The notes beneath the pieces are model-generated. The model had not been told where the DNA came from and ran no database searches. It worked only from the letters and a program-made list of their open reading frames with translations. A program made the translations under genes and the position numbers. Below, piece after piece: positions 63,029 to 64,000 of a stretch of 64,000 nucleotides of DNA. Source of the DNA: Paraspadella gotoi (taxonomy: Eukaryota; Animalia; Chaetognatha); assembly GCA_051294375.1 (NCBI GenBank), contig CM119267.1, forward strand, positions 20,585,476 to 20,649,475, given 5' to 3'. Positions within the stretch are counted from its first letter, which is position 1, and the number at the start of each line of letters is the position of its first letter.

Positions 63029-63937
63029 TCACTGCCCCGAAGAGCCGGGCGGGGGAGGTTGATCGGTGGACGTGGGGCTCCGAAGATCGGGGACGTCGCC
63101 GCCGCGGTTGATGAGGAATCCGTTGAGCTCCACAACGGAGGCTCTGTCGTCGTCGTCGTGGGAATTAGATCTTTTCCAAGAGACGAGATTTGAAGAGGAG
63201 AAAGAAAAAAGAAAAGGGAGGAAGATACAGATTACAGAAGCTGATAAGAATATCTGAATATGAAGAGACAACAAACCTGCCAACGTTGAAGGAATGGGGA
63301 ACGTTTAGAGTTGGGTTTAAGGCATTCGGTGTGAGCCACTCTTGGGGGAGCATTCTCTCGACGAACGGCATACAAGTGGACAGGTAGGCGAGACGGTTCA
63401 CCCAGGAGGGGATCTCTTTTCCGACCTGCGAGTTAAAAGATAAAACACATTTCGCGTTTTTCTTCTATTTTAGTTTGCATCATTTTATTTACGGGCATAA
63501 TTTTACTCTCGCGGATCCGTTTTAGGGTGATTTCTGGTTAAGGTTACGTAGGGTTAGGAGGGTTTAGGGATAGGGTAATTAGGTAATAATTTTTAAAATT
63601 TATTTTACCCATTTACGTATAAAAGCGGCCTAAAAAAGGCGAGTGAAAAGTTTTTCCTCAAAGAATAACAAACTTACGAGAATTTCGCTAAACCCTGAGG
63701 AGAAGTGGTTGCAGTTTTTTCTCATCAGATGATATTTATCTCCGGTGTATTCTTTTCCTGACGCGCGGATGAAGTGAAAGAGTTAGTAAAGCGGGAGTTG
63801 GTTAACACGGCTAAATCCGGATCGTTGATAACCCGGATGAAAGACCCTACCTAAAAACTCGATGACCTGCTCGACCTCATGAGACGTAAAGTCGGTTGTG
63901 CCCAGAACGATGGTTTCCTTGAACTTGAAATGCTCCC
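63029..63937 (-). CDS. DESI2: Deubiquitinase/desumoylase DESI2 (PPPDE1), 3' exons only
   Basis: [16 protein letters not shown]; [13 protein letters not shown] (catalytic Cys); [35 protein letters not shown]. Confidence 0.93.
63492..63657. repeat. Related inverted-repeat/GGGTTA-core element, reverse orientation, in a DESI2 intron
   Basis: AATTTTACTCTCGC ... GGTTAAGGTTA/GGGTTAGG core ... GCGAGTGAAAAGTT. Confidence 0.5.
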
Positions 63938-64000
63938 CTGAAAAGAAAACATTATGCATTTTAATTTGAAGAAGTTTAAACTTTCCAAAGGTAATTGGCT

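Overview
This is a compact, intron-rich animal genomic region (introns mostly 55-100 bp). All 14 protein-coding genes I can resolve lie on the minus strand. In order they are BDP1 (running off the left edge), an uncharacterised multi-exon gene, an RS-rich/zinc-knuckle gene, PSMD4, CXXC1, GAPVD1, an intronless 733-aa orphan, AMPK gamma, an intronless secreted PA + PNGase-F-type protein, a 72-aa STMP1-like microprotein missing from the ORF track, PPCDC, a GKAP/DLGAP-like gene, a DSP1/HMGB-like gene and DESI2 (running off the right edge). The main finding is that three short interspersed repeat families (6 copies) each carry a P5-type twister self-cleaving ribozyme fold, with compensatory changes in both pseudoknots between families. 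Three copies sit in the sense orientation inside introns. One copy with an intact catalytic core is nested in a Tc1/mariner-type MITE, one is in a tRNA-headed SINE and one is internally deleted. Other observations are operon-like co-orientation with splice acceptors just before start codons, a PPCDC lacking its catalytic His, and a local cluster of frameshifts in CXXC1. All gene models and RNA folds were derived by eye and need computational or experimental confirmation.
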